Of a stretch of DNA of 64,000 nt, positions 61,311-64,000 are shown piece after piece. This DNA comes from an uncultured delta proteobacterium. Lineage in GTDB: Bacteria; Desulfobacterota; Syntrophia; Syntrophales; Fen-1087. The notes under the pieces are model-generated. The model was not told the origin of the DNA. It searched no databases and saw nothing but the letters and a program-made list of their open reading frames with translations. The position numbers and the translations under genes were made by a program. The DNA is taken from the NCBI GenBank assembly GCA_963708515.1, contig CAVPSX010000015.1, positions 6,396-70,395 on the forward strand, read 5' to 3'. How positions within the stretch are numbered: the first letter of the stretch is position 1; each line of letters starts with the position of its first letter.

Positions 61311-61940
61311 TTAGTCAGTACTGACATCTACCGGAATCAGAATCTCGTTCCGTCGCAGGAACCACGGTGTAAAAGGGGGGTTGTAGCGGGCCCAGATGGG
61401 ATCGCCCACAACGGTAAGGCCCCTTTCGTGAATCCAAGACTCCAGTTCCAACTTGTATCGAAGGTAGTTTTTCTCACTCCAGAAACCGGAGTAGCGTACT
61501 GCGGCCATCCGGCGAGCGGGAACCTGGCGCAACGTGACTTTTGGATCCTCCGGCTCCGGAAGGGTTTCCAGGGTGTACGAGGCCGGCATCATGAAACTCA
61601 CCGCCCACTTTTCCTGAACACTTCGCTGTCCAACGGGAGCCGTCATCTGGATCTTCTCCCCCTTTTGCTCTTGGGATACGGGAGCTGCCATCGCCATTTT
61701 GTCGCGCGAACGGTTGTCGCCGGAGATATAGCGAAAGAGCCTATTGAATGCCTTGTCGCCGGCCTCTTCAAGGTCTCCTTCCACGACGGTTTCGGCAAGG
61801 ATGTGGGGTGCATAATCGCGGATCTCGAAATTGTTTTCTTTTTTTAATACCTTGTAAGCAGCTTCTTCGATCGCCATGGCATCCATCGCTCCAAGAATTA
61901 TGATCGCTGCTGCAAGTATAACGCGTACTGAGTGTTTCAT
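61311..61940 (-). CDS. SOUL family heme-binding protein
   Basis: FEIRDY, AFNRLFRYISG, MTAPV, YNPPFTPWFLRRNE. Confidence 0.92.
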   Translation of the reverse strand: MKHSVRVILAAAIIILGAMDAMAIEEAAYKVLKKENNFEIRDYAPHILAETVVEGDLEEAGDKAFNRLFRYISGDNRSRDKMAMAAPVSQEQKGEKIQMTAPVGQRSVQEKWAVSFMMPASYTLETLPEPEDPKVTLRQVPARRMAAVRYSGFWSEKNYLRYKLELESWIHERGLTVVGDPIWARYNPPFTPWFLRRNEILIPVDVSTD

Positions 61941-61987
61941 GATCACCTCCGCTATTTAAATATAATCAATCCGTTGTGAATAACCTA

Positions 61988-62160
61988 TCAAAGGAGCCAC
62001 CGGGCCAGATGCCCGACAATAAAGCCGGAAAGTCCGCAGGCGACTATGCCCCAAAGCATATCGACAATCGTCATGGACAGGGACCAATCTTTCAAGAGAG
62101 CGTAATTCGTGAGATCATAAACCCCGTAAACAACGAGACCAAACAGAATTAGTGCAAGTG
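61988..62160 (-). pseudogene. C-terminal fragment of a DUF2177-like membrane protein
   Basis: FGLVVYGVYDLTNYALLKDW...DMLWG; no plausible independent 5' half. Confidence 0.65.
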
Positions 62161-62186
62161 GGATACTGATAGATCTTATAACGTGT

Positions 62187-62678
62187 TCAATGTCCAAACA
62201 TCGGTCCGCCAGGGCCGAGATGGCAGGAATAGCAACCAAAGCCTCTGCGGGTGATAACGCTGAAGCTCTTTAGGCCCAGTGCTTCGCTCATCGCCGGCAC
62301 AAGTCTATCCAGTTTCAGACGCGTGGTGTCCGGATGTTTCGCAAACTCAGGCCCGAGGAGCGCCTCTCCGCTCAGCCGCGGCAGATGGGCGGAGGGCATG
62401 CGAAAATTAACAGCCACCGGATCCGGGCCGTGGCACAGCGTGCAGTCGATCTGGGGATAGCGATCGGGCCGCCAGGCGCGAAACACCTGGGCGGCGCGAG
62501 GCAGGACAACATCTTCCATGTGCCTCTTCTTTTGGTCGATGCTCATCTTCGTCCAGGCAAGGCGCTCTCCGGACATTCCTGCCGGACCAACAGGTTTGGG
62601 ATAACAGCTGCCCAATGCCAGTATAGCGATGACAAAACCAACTCCCCAAAGCCAAGTCCAATGGTTGCCTTCTGCCAT
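62187..62678 (-). CDS. Putative diheme c-type cytochrome lipoprotein
   Basis: Lipobox LGSC; CTLCH and CYSCH heme motifs. Confidence 0.75.
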   Translation of the reverse strand: MAEGNHWTWLWGVGFVIAILALGSCYPKPVGPAGMSGERLAWTKMSIDQKKRHMEDVVLPRAAQVFRAWRPDRYPQIDCTLCHGPDPVAVNFRMPSAHLPRLSGEALLGPEFAKHPDTTRLKLDRLVPAMSEALGLKSFSVITRRGFGCYSCHLGPGGPMFGH

Positions 62679-63033
62679 CGATCCTCCCCTGATTCACGTG
62701 GTTGAGCAGGCACTCCCTATTGTTCTTTATTAACATAATATTAATTAAAAATCAATTTCACAAGCGAGAATTCTTTCAGTCCGCTGATTTCAGAAAGGGC
62801 TATCTGCCCCTTTGTCAGGGAAAGAATTTTCTGTTTACTGGGCAGTTTCGTTCAATCATCGGCGGGTTCACGAGGCCAGGGAAAGCCTGGCGTGTCCTAT
62901 ATTTTATCGTTTGTATTTCATGTTCCGGAATTTATTGACAACTGGGGATGTCGTTCCTATATTCTCTGTGTGACTTATCAAACAACATATGGCAAAGATT
63001 GAAAGATGTGGATCGTAAACCTGATGGAGGTGG

Positions 63034-63459
63034 ATGATGACGCTGAAAGACTATTTTGACAACGCAAAGGGATACGGAGTCTTGGCTACAGCCGACGCTG
63101 CGGGGAAGGTTAACACAGCTGTATATGCACGCCCGCATGTGATGGATGAAAAAACGGTTGCTTTTATTATGGCCGAGCGATTAACCCACGAAAATCTCAA
63201 GTCGAACCCCTGGGCTGCCTATCTTTTCATGGAGGCGGGAGGGGGTTGGTCCGGCAAAAGGGTGTATCTGAAAAAGCTGAAGGAAGAACAGAACGAGGGC
63301 CTCATCCAGGAGATTTGCCGCAAGTGTGATTACTCTCGTTACGACGTCAAGAACCGGTTTATCGTTTATTTCAGTGTCGAGAACGTCTTGCCGCTGATCG
63401 GAAGCCAGGAGGTCCATGATCAACAGCAAGCCGGGACAACCCGTTCAGGGATCGTGTAA
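63034..63459 (+). CDS. Pyridoxamine 5'-phosphate oxidase family (split-barrel) protein
   Basis: GVLATADAAG, YARPH, NLKSNPWAAYLF. Confidence 0.85.
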   Translation: MMTLKDYFDNAKGYGVLATADAAGKVNTAVYARPHVMDEKTVAFIMAERLTHENLKSNPWAAYLFMEAGGGWSGKRVYLKKLKEEQNEGLIQEICRKCDYSRYDVKNRFIVYFSVENVLPLIGSQEVHDQQQAGTTRSGIV

Positions 63460-63518
63460 AAAGGCAGAGGAGAAGATGCGGGGTAGTGAAACCATACTGG
63501 GTCATCCCGTCTGAAAGC

Positions 63519-64000
63519 ATGAACGTTTCTCATCAAAAAATGGTCCCTGCGGCCATGATCCTTTTGCTGGTCCTGCTGCTGGCGTCGTGCTTCTTGCCCA
63601 TCAGGACCTTCGATGAAAAGAAGTGGCGGGAGCAAGTGGAGTCTGCAGACCCGGCGCTTCTCTATGCCCCGCATCTGGAACACGGCCGCTATTTCAATCC
63701 CTGGATGCCCATGCAGAAGGGCTTCAGTGATTTTCTGCGCTGGCAGCTTTCTGAAAAGACCCCCTATGCTCCGGGGGAAGAAAAGGACGTTCCCGCGGTC
63801 TTATCGGATCTCCCTGAGCGGATACGGTCAACACCGGGCGATTTTATCGCCTGGATCGGTCATGCCTCATTTCTGATCAGAATCAATGGTGAATACTGGA
63901 TCACCGATCCGATCTTTTCGGAGCGGGCGCTGTTGCCGAAGCGGAAAACCCCGCCGGGCCTCTCCCTCGATGAGTTTGCGGCCCTGCCCGGCAAGAAAAA
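63519..64000 (+). CDS. Metallo-beta-lactamase-fold lipoprotein, cut by the window edge
   Basis: Lipobox LASC; YFNPW; WIGHASFLIRINGEYWITDPIFSER. Confidence 0.8.
   Translation, partial: MNVSHQKMVPAAMILLLVLLLASCFLPIRTFDEKKWREQVESADPALLYAPHLEHGRYFNPWMPMQKGFSDFLRWQLSEKTPYAPGEEKDVPAVLSDLPERIRSTPGDFIAWIGHASFLIRINGEYWITDPIFSERALLPKRKTPPGLSLDEFAALPGKK

Overview
A GC-rich bacterial chromosomal segment. Gene content and order (carD-PIN/TRAM-ispD-ispF-gltX, valS-nadC-birA-coaX, several acyl-CoA and beta-oxidation genes, a sigma54 CoA-transferase/TRAP operon) suggest an anaerobic Desulfobacterota, probably Syntrophales-like (inference). The middle (~6-50 kb) is mostly housekeeping and fatty-acid/CoA metabolism. 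The ends (0-3.5 kb and ~55.6-64 kb) are mosaic, with several gene fragments (fadL-like, brnT, cfa, DUF2177-like, a lipoprotein). Six genes, including valS, gltX and ispD, carry single-base frameshifts that are most simply read as sequencing errors. The most notable unexplained structure is a dispersed ~165-190 bp non-coding element (4 full and 2 partial copies). It has IS5-like terminal inverted repeats, a second nested inverted repeat with copy-specific compensatory substitutions, and a conserved central IHF-consensus site. Also visible are a sigma54 promoter with a perfect 17-bp inverted-repeat enhancer and a sigmaE-type promoter in front of an ECF sigma/anti-sigma operon. I saw no rRNA, tRNA, CRISPR array or transposase. 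All calls come from reading the sequence by eye; no searches were run.
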